Source: a bacterium
GTDB lineage: Bacteria; CAYTYR01; UBA6262
Assembly: GCA_028712895.1 (NCBI GenBank)
Contig: JAQTPL010000001.1
Location: 3,681 to 67,680 of the forward strand
Length of the DNA stretch: 64,000 nucleotides
Direction of reading: 5' to 3'
Part shown: positions 47,080 to 56,996 of the stretch, one piece after another
Numbering within the stretch: the stretch's first letter is position 1
How the letters are laid out: every line of letters begins with the position of its first letter
Notes under the pieces: generated by a model
What the model was told of the DNA's origin: nothing
Database searches by the model: none
What the model saw: the letters and a program-made list of their open reading frames with translations, nothing else
Made by a program: the position numbers and the translations under genes

Positions 47080-47193
47080 TCAAGCTTTGCCGGTTAAACA
47101 GAAATAACCGTTGCCCAGTTTATATTGTTTAAAAATGTCGCACTGGCCGCAAATGCACTTGTTCATATTCTCTTGCGTATTTGGTACTTGCAT
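47080..47193 (-). CDS. candidate 37-aa Cys-rich mini-protein (DUF2769-like)
   Basis: On the minus strand, SD aaggag precedes the ATG. It encodes MQVPNTQENMNKCICGQCDIFKQYKLGNGYFCLTGKA. It is absent from the ORF track. Confidence 0.3.
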   Translation of the reverse strand: MQVPNTQENMNKCICGQCDIFKQYKLGNGYFCLTGKA

Positions 47194-47216
47194 AATGATC
47201 TCCTTGTAGTTTATCT

Positions 47217-48008
47217 TTATTTGAATATTTCCCGGAGAAACATTTTCAGGTCTTCCCAGGAACGTTTATCAGCCTGTTCATTATAGGCCGCTCCTTTGGC
47301 CGGGTCATTACCCGCGGCAGGATTGGTGAAAGCATGAACCGCGCCGCCATAAATATTCATCTGCCAATTGACCCCGGCATCCTTCATTTCTTTTTCTAAA
47401 GCCATCCGGGCCTCGGCTGGCACATTAGGGTCATCCGCCCCGTGCAATACCAGGACTTTACCTTTGATATTAATGGCATCCATAGGGCTGGGAGTATCCA
47501 GTGAGCCATGAAAAGCGACTGTGCCGACTACGTCAGCGCCGCTGCGGGCTAGTTCCAGGGCAACCATCCCGCCAAAGCAATAACCCATGATAGCGATCTT
47601 TTTCTGGTCAACCATTTTCATGGTTTTGAGCTCATTTAACGCTGCCATAGCCCTGCCCCTGGCCATTTTCCGGTCAGCACGGTAAATACTGGCGAGCTTA
47701 CCGGATTCCTCCGGAGTGTTGGCCCTGATGCCTTTGCCGTAGATGTCAGCGGCAAGAACCACATACCCCAAAGCGGCAACTTCCCGGGCTCTCCTTTGAG
47801 CGTAGTCACCAAGTCCGTTCCATTCATGGACAATGATCACTCCCGGGACTTTACCTTTGATCGAATCATCGTAGGCCAGATAGCCTTCCAGCATGATCTT
47901 GCCGTCATAGTATTCGATCGTTTTGGTTTTTATCGCGGCCTGGGACCGGGCGGCGAATAAGAGAGTTATAGCCAAAATGATAAAAACGATCTTGTTAGTA
48001 TTTTTCAT
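47217..48008 (-). CDS. dienelactone hydrolase family protein, secreted
   Basis: It has a signal peptide. The nucleophile elbow is GYCFGG and HGADD is in the His region. Confidence 0.75.
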   Translation of the reverse strand: MKNTNKIVFIILAITLLFAARSQAAIKTKTIEYYDGKIMLEGYLAYDDSIKGKVPGVIIVHEWNGLGDYAQRRAREVAALGYVVLAADIYGKGIRANTPEESGKLASIYRADRKMARGRAMAALNELKTMKMVDQKKIAIMGYCFGGMVALELARSGADVVGTVAFHGSLDTPSPMDAINIKGKVLVLHGADDPNVPAEARMALEKEMKDAGVNWQMNIYGGAVHAFTNPAAGNDPAKGAAYNEQADKRSWEDLKMFLREIFK

Positions 48009-48020
48009 GATTTACTCCTT

Positions 48021-49133
48021 TCAAGGTTTGTAGCTTATACGGTATATTGCACCGGCTTTATCATCTGATACCAGCAGTGTCCCGTCAGGCATAACCTGTA
48101 CGTCCACCGGACGGCCCCAGCTGCTTTTTCCCTGGAGCCAGCCTTCAGCGAAAGTTTCGTAACTGACAGCGCGGTCTCCCTGCAGAGTGACCAAGGTGAC
48201 GCGGTACCCTAAAGGATCCGCCCGGTTCCAGGAACCATGCTCGGCGATAAATATCTGGTTTTGGTATTTTTCCGGGAACATTTTCCCGGTATAGAAACGC
48301 ATTCCCAGGGCAGCTACGTGCGGCCCCAGGTCCCGTACCGGAGGAACAAAATTATTTTTAGGGAATTTTTTACCGAAAGCCGGATCAGGGAGGCCTGAGC
48401 CGTGATAATAAGGAAATCCAAAATGCAGTCCCGTCTTAGGCGCGCGGTTCAATTCGTCTGGCGGGACATTATCCCCCAGCCAATCGCGGCCATTATCCGT
48501 GAACCAAAGCTCTTTAGTCCGCGGATGCCAGTCAAACCCGACAGTATTGCGGATACCCCGGGCAAATATTTCAAAACCAGTGCCATCAGGGTTCAAGCGT
48601 GTGATACCGGCATAAACCGGTGCCGGAGGTTCACAGACATTGCAGGGCGCCCCTACCGGCACATAAAGCCGGCCATCAGGGCCGAATTTAATGAATTTCC
48701 AACCGTGCCAATTGTCCGTAGGATATTTGGCGTAGACTATCTCCGGCGCGGGAGGATCGTTCAGGCGGTTTTCAATATCCTTAAATTTCAGGATACGGCT
48801 GATCTCAGCCACATACAGGTCTCCCCGGTAGAAAGCCACGCCATTGGGCTCGTTCAATCCGCTGGCTATGGAGGTCACCTTACCTGCCTGTATGGCGTAT
48901 ACCTTGCCTTCCGGCCTGGTACCGGCAAAGACAGTTCCTTTTTCGCCGATAGCCAGTGAGCGCGCGCCAGGCACCTGGTCGGAATATACAGTGATACTGA
49001 ATCCTGGCGGCAGTTTTATTTTTTCTAACGGCAGATTGCGGTTTTGACCGGGCCAAAGAAGAAATCCCCCGGCAGCCATTAAAATTACTATTTTGTAATG
49101 CTTTGCTCTGCTTCCATCCATTCTTCTTCCCAT
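48021..49133 (-). CDS. PQQ-dependent sugar dehydrogenase (soluble aldose dehydrogenase family)
   Basis: It has beta-propeller motifs NEPNGVAF and DGTLLVSDDKAGAIYRI. The true start is probably MAAGGFLLWPG (~49079). Confidence 0.7.
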   Translation of the reverse strand: MGRRMDGSRAKHYKIVILMAAGGFLLWPGQNRNLPLEKIKLPPGFSITVYSDQVPGARSLAIGEKGTVFAGTRPEGKVYAIQAGKVTSIASGLNEPNGVAFYRGDLYVAEISRILKFKDIENRLNDPPAPEIVYAKYPTDNWHGWKFIKFGPDGRLYVPVGAPCNVCEPPAPVYAGITRLNPDGTGFEIFARGIRNTVGFDWHPRTKELWFTDNGRDWLGDNVPPDELNRAPKTGLHFGFPYYHGSGLPDPAFGKKFPKNNFVPPVRDLGPHVAALGMRFYTGKMFPEKYQNQIFIAEHGSWNRADPLGYRVTLVTLQGDRAVSYETFAEGWLQGKSSWGRPVDVQVMPDGTLLVSDDKAGAIYRISYKP

Positions 49134-49405
49134 TCTTTCAGATGATCAGCCAGCTCATACACGGCTTTGCTGTCTTTATTCTTATTAGCCCGGTACGCTG
49201 CTTTCCACATAGATTCGCTTAATAGTTGCGGTTTATATGAATCCTGAAAACCTTTCATTCTCCTCACCCCTTTCAGATGATAAAAATTGAAATATTAATT
49301 GATGACCACATTTTAGCCGTTCCTATAATAAAAGTGAATTGGGTGTTTCCACTTTTTTTTGACCTTTTTCCTAATCCTGTACAAACTCCGGGATACCCCA
49401 GGCAT

Positions 49406-49443
49406 AAAAAAAAGAACTCCCGTGATCGAGCACGAGAGTTCTT
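49406..49443 (-). terminator. intrinsic terminator downstream of serA
   Basis: On the minus strand, the long palindrome aagaactctcgtgctcgatcacgggagttctt is followed by tttttttt. Confidence 0.7.
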
Positions 49444-49471
49444 AATGGATTATTGTGCTTGTTCGTTTTTC

Positions 49472-50641
49472 TTATTTCAACGCCCTAACCTTGATGATGT
49501 TTTCTATCTTGGCAATACTTTCCACGGTTTTATCCGTGACTTCGCCGGCGACATCAATGATATTGTATGCCAGGTCACCTTTGCTCTTGTTGATCATTTC
49601 AATGATGTTCAGGCTGGCTTTGCTGAACACGGTTGAAAGCTGTGCCACCATCCCTGGTACGTTCTTGTTGATGATGGTCAGGCGAGTCGTGCCGGGATTC
49701 CTTTCCAGGGCACAGCCCGGAAAATTAACTGAATTGGTAATATTGCCGTGTTCCAAAAAATCAATGACCTGGTCTACTACCATACTGGCGCAATTTTCCT
49801 CAGCTTCTTCGGTTGAAGCGCCGAGGTGAGGGATGCAGATCACTTTGTCCATATTCAGCAGTTCGTCATCCGGGAAATCAGTGACATAGCAAGCCACGAT
49901 ACCGTCGGAAATGGCCTTTTTGAGATGTTCGTTGTTCACAATGCCGCCACGGGAGAAATTGAAAATGCGCACACCTTTTTTCATCTGCCCGAATTTTTCT
50001 GTATTCAAGAGGCCTTTGGTCTTGTCATTGAGCGGGACATGAAGAGAAATATAATCAGAGGTGGCGAGCAAACGATCCATGCCTTTGGCATTTTTGACTT
50101 CATTGGATAGTTTCCAGGCGCTTTCCACAGAGATGAACGGGTCAAACCCCTCCACCGTCATGCCAAAAGCCAGGGCATCGTTGGCGACCATGACGCCGAT
50201 GGCTCCCAGGCCGATCAGGCCGAGCTTTTTGCCTCTTAGCTCAGTGCCGGCGAACTGGCCTTTGTTCTTTTCGACCAGTGGCGGCACTTCTGCTCCTTTT
50301 CCTTTTAAGGTTTTGCAGTATTCTATGGCTGACGGCAAATTCCGGGCAGACAGGAACATGGCTCCAAGCACCAGTTCTTTGACGGCATTAGCATTGGCGC
50401 CAGGAGTATTAAAGACTACAATGCCTTTACCGGTGCAGATATCTACCGGGATGTTGTTAACCCCGGCTCCTGCCCGGCCGATAGCCCGCAGGGTTTCAGG
50501 CATTTCCATTTTCAGCATATCAGCGCTTCTCACCAGGATAGCTTCCGGCTGGCTGATCTCCGTGCCTATCTCATAGTTGTCCAAAGGAAATTTCTTTAAT
50601 CCGATCGGTGAAATTTTGTTAAGGGTCTTGATCTTAAACAT
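49472..50641 (-). CDS. serA: D-3-phosphoglycerate dehydrogenase
   Basis: The NAD fold is GKKLGLIGLGAIGVMVA, with catalytic R/E/H positions and a C-terminal ACT-like domain. Confidence 0.85.
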   Translation of the reverse strand: MFKIKTLNKISPIGLKKFPLDNYEIGTEISQPEAILVRSADMLKMEMPETLRAIGRAGAGVNNIPVDICTGKGIVVFNTPGANANAVKELVLGAMFLSARNLPSAIEYCKTLKGKGAEVPPLVEKNKGQFAGTELRGKKLGLIGLGAIGVMVANDALAFGMTVEGFDPFISVESAWKLSNEVKNAKGMDRLLATSDYISLHVPLNDKTKGLLNTEKFGQMKKGVRIFNFSRGGIVNNEHLKKAISDGIVACYVTDFPDDELLNMDKVICIPHLGASTEEAEENCASMVVDQVIDFLEHGNITNSVNFPGCALERNPGTTRLTIINKNVPGMVAQLSTVFSKASLNIIEMINKSKGDLAYNIIDVAGEVTDKTVESIAKIENIIKVRALK

Positions 50642-50652
50642 GGATTCCTCCG

Positions 50653-51741
50653 TTAAACTTTATTATTAATTTCGAAATTCTTCATAAACTCGACCAGTTT
50701 CTTCACGCCTTCAACCGGCATGGCATTATAGATGCTGGCTCTGCAACCGCCGACACTGCGATGGCCTTTCAAGGTGGTCAAGCCAAGCTTTTTGGCCTCA
50801 GCCAGGAATTTCTCATCCAGCGCTTCAGTCGGTAAGGCAAACGGCACATTCATGATAGAACGGAACTTCGGATTAGCGACCGGCGCTTTATACAGCTTGG
50901 AATTGTCGATGGCGTTGTAGAGCATGGCTGCTTTTTCTTTATTACGCGCTTCGATCGCTTTAACTCCGCCTTCCGCCTTGATCCATTCAAAGACCAGCTT
51001 GGAAATATAAATGGCATAGCATGGCGGTGTGTTGTATAAAGATCCGTTCTCAGCATGGATCTTATAGTCCAGCATGGTAGGTGTGATCGGCAAAGCTGAG
51101 CCTACCAGGTCTTTCTTGATGATCACGACAGTGACGCCGGCAGGGCCGATATTTTTCTGGGCGCCCGCATAGATCAAGCCGAATTTGGCGACATCGTATT
51201 GCTCCCCCAGGATATTGGAAGACATGTCTGCAACCAGTGGCACGGCGCCGGTATCGGGGAGCTCCCTAATGGTCGTGCCTTCAATAGTATTGTTCGTGGT
51301 AATGTGGAAAAAATCCGCATCTTTGGAGAACTTGGCCGGGTCCAGGACCGGGATCTCAGCGAACTTCTTATCTTCGGAAGATGCCACGACATTGGCTGTG
51401 CCATATTTCTTGGCTTCAGAGATGGCTTTTTTAGACCAGGTGCCGGTATTGACAAAGTCGGCTTTTTTGGAATTCTTGAACAGGTTCAGGGGAACCATGG
51501 CGAATTGCATTGAAGCTCCGCCTTGCAGGAACAATACATAGTAGGTATCAGGAATACCCATGATCTCACGTAGCGTGGCTTCCGCGCCGTTGATTATTTC
51601 TTCAAATGGTTTGGAGCGATGGCTCATCTCCATGACGCTCATGCCGCTGCCCTTGTAATCCAGCATTTCTTCTGCTGCTTTTTTTAATACCGGTTCGGGC
51701 AGCATTGCCGGTCCTGCGCTGAAATTAAATACTCTAGCCAT
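50653..51741 (-). CDS. serC: phosphoserine aminotransferase
   Basis: The N-terminus is MARVFNFSAGPAMLPEPVL and it has a class-V aminotransferase fold. Confidence 0.9.
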   Translation of the reverse strand: MARVFNFSAGPAMLPEPVLKKAAEEMLDYKGSGMSVMEMSHRSKPFEEIINGAEATLREIMGIPDTYYVLFLQGGASMQFAMVPLNLFKNSKKADFVNTGTWSKKAISEAKKYGTANVVASSEDKKFAEIPVLDPAKFSKDADFFHITTNNTIEGTTIRELPDTGAVPLVADMSSNILGEQYDVAKFGLIYAGAQKNIGPAGVTVVIIKKDLVGSALPITPTMLDYKIHAENGSLYNTPPCYAIYISKLVFEWIKAEGGVKAIEARNKEKAAMLYNAIDNSKLYKAPVANPKFRSIMNVPFALPTEALDEKFLAEAKKLGLTTLKGHRSVGGCRASIYNAMPVEGVKKLVEFMKNFEINNKV

Positions 51742-51833
51742 AGTTATTTCCCCCTTTTTATTTGAAATATGATTACACCGATTTAAAAAAAGATTACCCG
51801 CTACTAAGGCGTCGGCGGGCGCGGCACAGATAA

Positions 51834-52457
51834 TTATTTCTTTTGGCTGATGAGAGCTGAGACGATCCTGAGATAACCAGTATAGTCTATGTTCCTAATT
51901 ATTACCTCCTCCGGGACGCTGACCATGGCAGTAGTGCAGTTAATGATACCTTTAATGTGAGCATCCACTAACTTGTTGGCTGTCTCCTGTGCAGCTTCCG
52001 GCGGCGTGCAGATGAAACCGATCTCAATCCCCCTGGACTCGATAATTGATTTAAGTTCATGTATCAGGTGCAGGCTGACTTTGCTGACGATCATTTCGAT
52101 CTTATTTAAATTGACATCAAAGCCGGCAGCTATCTCAAATCCTTCTTCTTTGAATCCTTCATAGGCCAGGATAGCGCTGCCGATGCGGCCTAGTCCGATA
52201 ATACAAGCTTTACGCGGCTTAAAGAGCTTGAGATCCTGCCCGATATACTTTTTTAACTTGGCAATGTCATAATCCCGGCCAGCTACGCTGGGCATACTTA
52301 AATAGCTGATATCTTTGCGGACCGTAGCATTGGTGGTATTGATGTTTTTGCCGATCTGGGTGCTGGAAACAGTCTTAATACCGTTTCTTTCAAGCTTCTC
52401 CAGAAGACCGTATATGTTAGAGAGCCGTTCTATCGCCGGTAAGGGTATTTTTTTCAC
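51834..52457 (-). CDS. rex: redox-sensing transcriptional repressor Rex
   Basis: It has an N-terminal wHTH and the Rossmann motif CIIGLGRIGSAIL. Confidence 0.85.
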   Translation of the reverse strand: MKKIPLPAIERLSNIYGLLEKLERNGIKTVSSTQIGKNINTTNATVRKDISYLSMPSVAGRDYDIAKLKKYIGQDLKLFKPRKACIIGLGRIGSAILAYEGFKEEGFEIAAGFDVNLNKIEMIVSKVSLHLIHELKSIIESRGIEIGFICTPPEAAQETANKLVDAHIKGIINCTTAMVSVPEEVIIRNIDYTGYLRIVSALISQKK

Positions 52458-52500
52458 ACTCTAATACCTCGAATTGCAGCAAATTAAGCGAATATATACC

Positions 52501-52550
52501 TGTGAATTCTTTCACAGGTATAATATTACCACTATTGCTTAAACTTGTCA
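52501..52550 (-). promoter_or_regulatory. rex promoter (-35 TTGACA, -10 TAATAT) with a Rex operator TGTGAA-N4-TTCACA overlapping the +1 region
   Basis: Minus strand: TTGACA (52550-52545), 16 nt, TAATAT (52528-52523). The palindrome tgtgaattctttcaca (52501-52516) matches the Rex box consensus TTGTGAAnnnnTTCACAA. Confidence 0.6.
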
Positions 52551-52559
52551 AGAAATATT

Positions 52560-52970
52560 TTAAATGACGAGGATCCAGTCGGAAATGAGCTTTTGGCAGG
52601 GCACCCGGCCGTACCACGAGCAGTTGCGGCAGAAATTACGCAAAGAAAGCTTAGTTAGGAGTCGGATATGCTGGTGAAGCACCCCTATATTATATATCCC
52701 AGGGGTGATCTTAAGCAGTTTAAAGGCTTTTTTATCCAGGGCAATGATCCTGGAATTGGGGCTATCGATCGGGGAAATACAGGTGTTATTGGACAGGTGC
52801 GGGCACTTTTTACAGGCCATGTCCGGGCCAGCGACTACTTTGACCTTTTCATCCGGATTATTCAGGTATAGTTTCTGTAATTTCTTGAAGTTCCTGGCGA
52901 AGGCTTTAGAGTACCCTTCTCCCTGGAACGCTATTAAGCATATCAAATGATGTCCGCGTAATTTAAGCAT
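52560..52970 (-). CDS. DUF1284-like Cys-rich protein
   Basis: The N-terminus is MLKLRGHHLIC. The Cys pairs are CKKCPH and CRNCSWYG. Confidence 0.4.
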   Translation of the reverse strand: MLKLRGHHLICLIAFQGEGYSKAFARNFKKLQKLYLNNPDEKVKVVAGPDMACKKCPHLSNNTCISPIDSPNSRIIALDKKAFKLLKITPGIYNIGVLHQHIRLLTKLSLRNFCRNCSWYGRVPCQKLISDWILVI

Positions 52971-53064
52971 GTTAGTCCTTATATAAATAGTAATAGATAG
53001 CGATTTTATGAAACTTTTTGAAAGTAATTGTGTCTATAAGCTAAGTAAGAAACGGAGGAGATAA

Positions 53065-53412
53065 ATGAACAGCTTGCTACAGGAAAAAAGGAAATTTGAG
53101 AGGTTCAATACTGCGATTAAGGTCTTGTATCGGAATTCAGAGAATATCAATACCGCTATGTTGAAGAACATCAGTATGAACGGCATGCTTTTGCACAGTT
53201 CAGAAGCTTTGACGGCATATACTATACTGACGATCACTCTCTCTGTCGCAGGCATAACCGCGAATAGCCCGAAGATCGCGGCTAAAGTCCTATGGTGCAA
53301 AGAACTTAAAGATAACGGCTGGCTGATAGGTACCGGCCTGATCACTAACTTTTCCCAGAGCGCCCGGTTTATGACTGATATTTTTGCCTCACAGAATAGA
53401 TCTAATAATTGA
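53065..53412 (+). CDS. PilZ domain protein
   Basis: SD ggagga precedes the start. EKRKFERFNTAIKV is the RxxxR motif. D.S..G-like region is NISMNGMLL. Confidence 0.6.
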   Translation: MNSLLQEKRKFERFNTAIKVLYRNSENINTAMLKNISMNGMLLHSSEALTAYTILTITLSVAGITANSPKIAAKVLWCKELKDNGWLIGTGLITNFSQSARFMTDIFASQNRSNN

Positions 53413-53417
53413 TGTAG

Positions 53418-54155
53418 TTAGTCCAGTTCATACCGCAGTATCGCTGCTACTACTATCCCGGCAGTTTCAGTCCGCAAGATCCTCTGGCCGAGACTGACCG
53501 GGAGCACCCCCGCTTTTTGGGCTGCCGCTATTTCTTGCTCGCTGAATCCGCCTTCCGGTCCGATAAAATAGATAATATCCCGGGCCTCTGAACCGTTTAA
53601 AGCCTGCTTAAGACTGGTTGTTTTTTCATTTTCCCAGGGAATAATGGCCATCTGGCCTGGCTTAGCTTCGTTAAGCACTGCAGCCAGGTCAGTCACTGGT
53701 TCAACTTTAGGTATGGTGATTCTATGAGATTGCTCAGCCGCTGACTGGGCGATCTTTTGCCAGCGTTCCTGTTTCTTGACTGCTCCAGCCTGGTCTAATT
53801 TGATGATCGTCCGTTCACTTTTGCAGGGAATAAATATGTCTACTCCTATTTCGCTGCACTTCTGGATGATCAGGTCCATCTTATCGCCTTTGGCCAAGGC
53901 TTGGACCAGGGTAATCCTGGTTTTGTCCGGGGTACCTGCTATGTAGCGGCTCATGATCCTGCCTTCTGGTTCAGGAAAAATCTTTTCCAGGAGTAGTTCA
54001 TACTCGAAGCCAGTACCATCAAAAACAAGGCAATAATCTCCGGTTTTCATCCTGAGGACATTTTTAATATGGTTAGCATGCTCTGCCGGGAATATTACCG
54101 TATTATCCAGGATATTTTTCTGCGGAACATAAAACCGATGCAAATTCTTTTTCAT
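53418..54155 (-). CDS. rsmE: 16S rRNA (uracil1498-N3)-methyltransferase
   Basis: It has PUA-like N-terminus HRFYVP and the SPOUT C-terminus LVQALAKGDKMDLIIQKCSEIGV, IGPEGGFS. Confidence 0.85.
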   Translation of the reverse strand: MKKNLHRFYVPQKNILDNTVIFPAEHANHIKNVLRMKTGDYCLVFDGTGFEYELLLEKIFPEPEGRIMSRYIAGTPDKTRITLVQALAKGDKMDLIIQKCSEIGVDIFIPCKSERTIIKLDQAGAVKKQERWQKIAQSAAEQSHRITIPKVEPVTDLAAVLNEAKPGQMAIIPWENEKTTSLKQALNGSEARDIIYFIGPEGGFSEQEIAAAQKAGVLPVSLGQRILRTETAGIVVAAILRYELD

Positions 54156-54220
54156 GTTTTCCTCATTTAGAAGAACGATTACACAGATTTTGTAGAGAGA
54201 TTACAATGATTTTTTAATGG

Positions 54221-54595
54221 TTATTTTTTATTGCGCCACCAGATAAATAATGTTATCGCCAGGGCCGCGCCAACAGCGTCGCTGATCACGTCGCTTATGC
54301 CCGGGCACCTGGTTGGCTCGCAAAATTGCGCTAGTTCGTTGGCAATGCCCCAGGTTAGCGCGTAGATGAATGAAATAAGGGCGATAGAAAGCAAACCGTA
54401 TTTCCAAAATCTCAAGGCCAGGCAAAGCAAGGCAGCCAATACAAAATAAACCGCGGCATGGGCCAGGCTGGCCAGCAGGTCAAATGGCAGAAATTTTTCC
54501 ACTTCAGCGGCAGGCTGTAAAGAAAGGAAAAGTAGGAAAAGCGACCAGGCCAAGGCCAGTATCAGATATCTTTTAGCGCGTTTTTTGAAAGTCAT
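54221..54595 (-). CDS. VanZ-like family membrane protein
   Basis: It is a 4-TM protein with GIANELAQF...SDVISDAVGAALA, a VanZ-like C-terminus. Confidence 0.5.
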   Translation of the reverse strand: MTFKKRAKRYLILALAWSLFLLFLSLQPAAEVEKFLPFDLLASLAHAAVYFVLAALLCLALRFWKYGLLSIALISFIYALTWGIANELAQFCEPTRCPGISDVISDAVGAALAITLFIWWRNKK

Positions 54596-54597
54596 AG

Positions 54598-55395
54598 TTA
54601 AAGGTTTAATAAAGTGCCGGCATTGAGCGAGATGATCTTTTCCAGGTCAGTCTCATCCGTAATTAAAGCTCTTAACCTGGCGAGTTCCTGTTTCTGGTCC
54701 TGCCAAGGGGAATCTGTGCCGAATAAGATCAGGTCCGGATCATGCCGCTCGACCAGCTGGAGAAAAGCATGGCTGGACATATAGTCCATGGAGAATGATG
54801 TGTCAATGTAGACATCTTTGCCAATGACCTCTTCCCGCACTTCTTCCCACATCTGGAAACCACCCATATGTGCCAGCACCAGCTTCAGGCTGGGGAAAGC
54901 CTTGATCAGCCTGGAAAAATGAGCCGGTGTGCCATGAACGTTATCAAAAGCGATATCCCTGCCGGCGTGGAAAAACGCGATCAGCCTGGCTTTGGCTAGT
55001 TCTGCATAAACTGGGAACATGGCTTCGTCATCAGGAAAAAAATCCTGGTATTCAGGATGGAATTTAACTCCCTTGATGCCGCCGGCTTTTAGCCGGGAGA
55101 TCTCCTTCTGGTAATGGGGATATTTCGGATGCAGGGCGCCGAAAGACATGATCTTCCGGTCATTGACTTTAAGAGCATAGGAATTGATGCTTTCAACCTG
55201 GTCGGCCCGCGTGGCTACCGGGATCTGTACGCTGACCTGGATGCCGGAGCGCTGCATAGAATCGAGTAATCCCCGCCTGGTGCCGTCGGTAAAAGCTTTG
55301 CAGTCTGCTTCTTCTTCCAGGGCGGCGATGATCTTAGCGGCGCCATGGTCCGGGAAAATATGGGTGTGAATGTCAATAACCGGGGTCTGGGTCAT
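54598..55395 (-). CDS. amidohydrolase-2 family metal-dependent hydrolase
   Basis: It has IDIHTHIFP and a TIM-barrel metal-dependent hydrolase pattern. Confidence 0.6.
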   Translation of the reverse strand: MTQTPVIDIHTHIFPDHGAAKIIAALEEEADCKAFTDGTRRGLLDSMQRSGIQVSVQIPVATRADQVESINSYALKVNDRKIMSFGALHPKYPHYQKEISRLKAGGIKGVKFHPEYQDFFPDDEAMFPVYAELAKARLIAFFHAGRDIAFDNVHGTPAHFSRLIKAFPSLKLVLAHMGGFQMWEEVREEVIGKDVYIDTSFSMDYMSSHAFLQLVERHDPDLILFGTDSPWQDQKQELARLRALITDETDLEKIISLNAGTLLNL

Positions 55396-55797
55396 TTCTT
55401 TTTATCCGTTTTGCAGGTTTTTGACCCGCATAATATTACGGACGAATTATCATAAATGATCAGGAACAGGTCGTATACAAAGAGGACCGTAATTATATCA
55501 TTGAATTGCACCTTGACTGTTCCGTTCGGCAGGACCAAGTCGATGCCCCAAAGCACGAATATTATTCCCATGAACATACGCCAATGGTGGTTATCGCTCA
55601 TGGCACAACCGCGGAAACAGATCGAAAAAAGAGATAGGCCGATCAGTCCCAAAGCTAAGGCTATAAGATAATCATGCGCAGGGAAAGCATACCCGGAAAA
55701 GATCGTGATCATGGCTACGCTCAGGCTGAGGATGAGAGCGAATACAGCGGCTATTTCAGTCAGGAATAAGCGGGTGGTATGCAACCTCGACGGCATT
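55392..55797 (-). CDS. hypothetical membrane protein
   Basis: It has four hydrophobic helices. The start is trimmed to MPSRLH so that it does not overlap the upstream gene. Confidence 0.35.
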
Positions 55798-56959
55798 AAT
55801 TCTTCTCCAGGGTAATAAAGGTAATTTCCGGCGGCGCCCCTACTCTTACCGGCGGTCCCCAAGTGCCTGTACCGCGGTTGACATAAACAGTGGTATCACC
55901 AGACTTGAATAAACCATAAGGCATGGCAAAAATTCTTTTAACAATGTAAAGAAAAGGCCACAATTGGCCTTTATGCGTATGTCCGCTTAACTGCAGGTTC
56001 ACTCCCAGGCGCTGCAGTTCGTCCATGGTTGTGACCGGGGTGTGATAAAGCAGGATCACTGGTTTTTTCGGGTCAATACCTTTCATGATCTCGGACAACG
56101 GGGGTACATTTTCACCGATTACCCGCGTACTGACAGGATCATCGCGGCCCACGATCTGTAATCCGCCGGCTACTTCTATCCAGCGGTTACGCAACAGGCG
56201 CACTCCGCTTCTTTCAATGAAAGCTTCGGCTTTCTCGATACCGGCAAAATATTCATGGTTACCGGTGCAGGCAAAAACCCCATACTTGCTTTTTAAACGG
56301 CGCAAAGGTTCTACCAGTTCTTCCATGTGCAGGGCTTGCTCGTCCACCAAGTCCCCGGTAATGAAGATCAAGTCAGGATCGAGGTTGTTGGTGAGCGTTA
56401 CTATATTGTCCAGCTTTTTACCCTGGATGATCAACCCCATATGCACATCGGATATCTGGGCAATGGTAGTGCCGGCCAGATTTTCAGGCAGTTTGGGCAT
56501 TTTTACGGTAAGCCGGGTAATGCCGATACTCGTCGCTTCTGCCAGGCCGTAGATAGTGACAGCCAGGGCTATGCCTGAAACCAGGGAGGTGAATAAACGG
56601 GGATTTTGCAGGGCTTTATTGCCGCTGAGTTTTAGCGCCAGTCTGACCAGGTCGAATCCAACTGTCGCCAGTAAAAGGTACACGATCAAGCCCATCCAGA
56701 CAGAGGAAATATAATTAATGGCTTCAACCAGCGGGCCATTCTGCCCCCTGGTGACAAAATGCAGCAAGGGGAAAGAAAGGCACAGCGTAATAAATAAAAG
56801 CTTGACCAATAGGGATGTAAAACCAGTCAGCTTGAGGGGATGGATCAGCCTGGCGAAAACATACAGGTGACTGCCGCCATAGACGATAAGAAAAATAGTT
56901 AAAAAACTCATAAAAAGCCAAAAATATTGCCGCATGTTAACCTCGTAAAACAGGGTCAC
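55796..56959 (-). CDS. membrane-anchored metallophosphoesterase (calcineurin-like, YkuE-type)
   Basis: It has N-terminal TM helices. The phosphoesterase motifs are DVHMG, GDLVD and GNHEY. Confidence 0.8.
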   Translation of the reverse strand: MTLFYEVNMRQYFWLFMSFLTIFLIVYGGSHLYVFARLIHPLKLTGFTSLLVKLLFITLCLSFPLLHFVTRGQNGPLVEAINYISSVWMGLIVYLLLATVGFDLVRLALKLSGNKALQNPRLFTSLVSGIALAVTIYGLAEATSIGITRLTVKMPKLPENLAGTTIAQISDVHMGLIIQGKKLDNIVTLTNNLDPDLIFITGDLVDEQALHMEELVEPLRRLKSKYGVFACTGNHEYFAGIEKAEAFIERSGVRLLRNRWIEVAGGLQIVGRDDPVSTRVIGENVPPLSEIMKGIDPKKPVILLYHTPVTTMDELQRLGVNLQLSGHTHKGQLWPFLYIVKRIFAMPYGLFKSGDTTVYVNRGTGTWGPPVRVGAPPEITFITLEKN

Positions 56960-56996
56960 TAAAAAGGATCAATAAAGAGTGTCATAGTTAAAGCAT

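Noticed and set aside
49277-49829. Plus-strand ORFs of 119 and 124 aa spanning the serA 3' end and spacer
   Set aside because: They are antisense to serA and to its terminator, with no SD and no homology signal.
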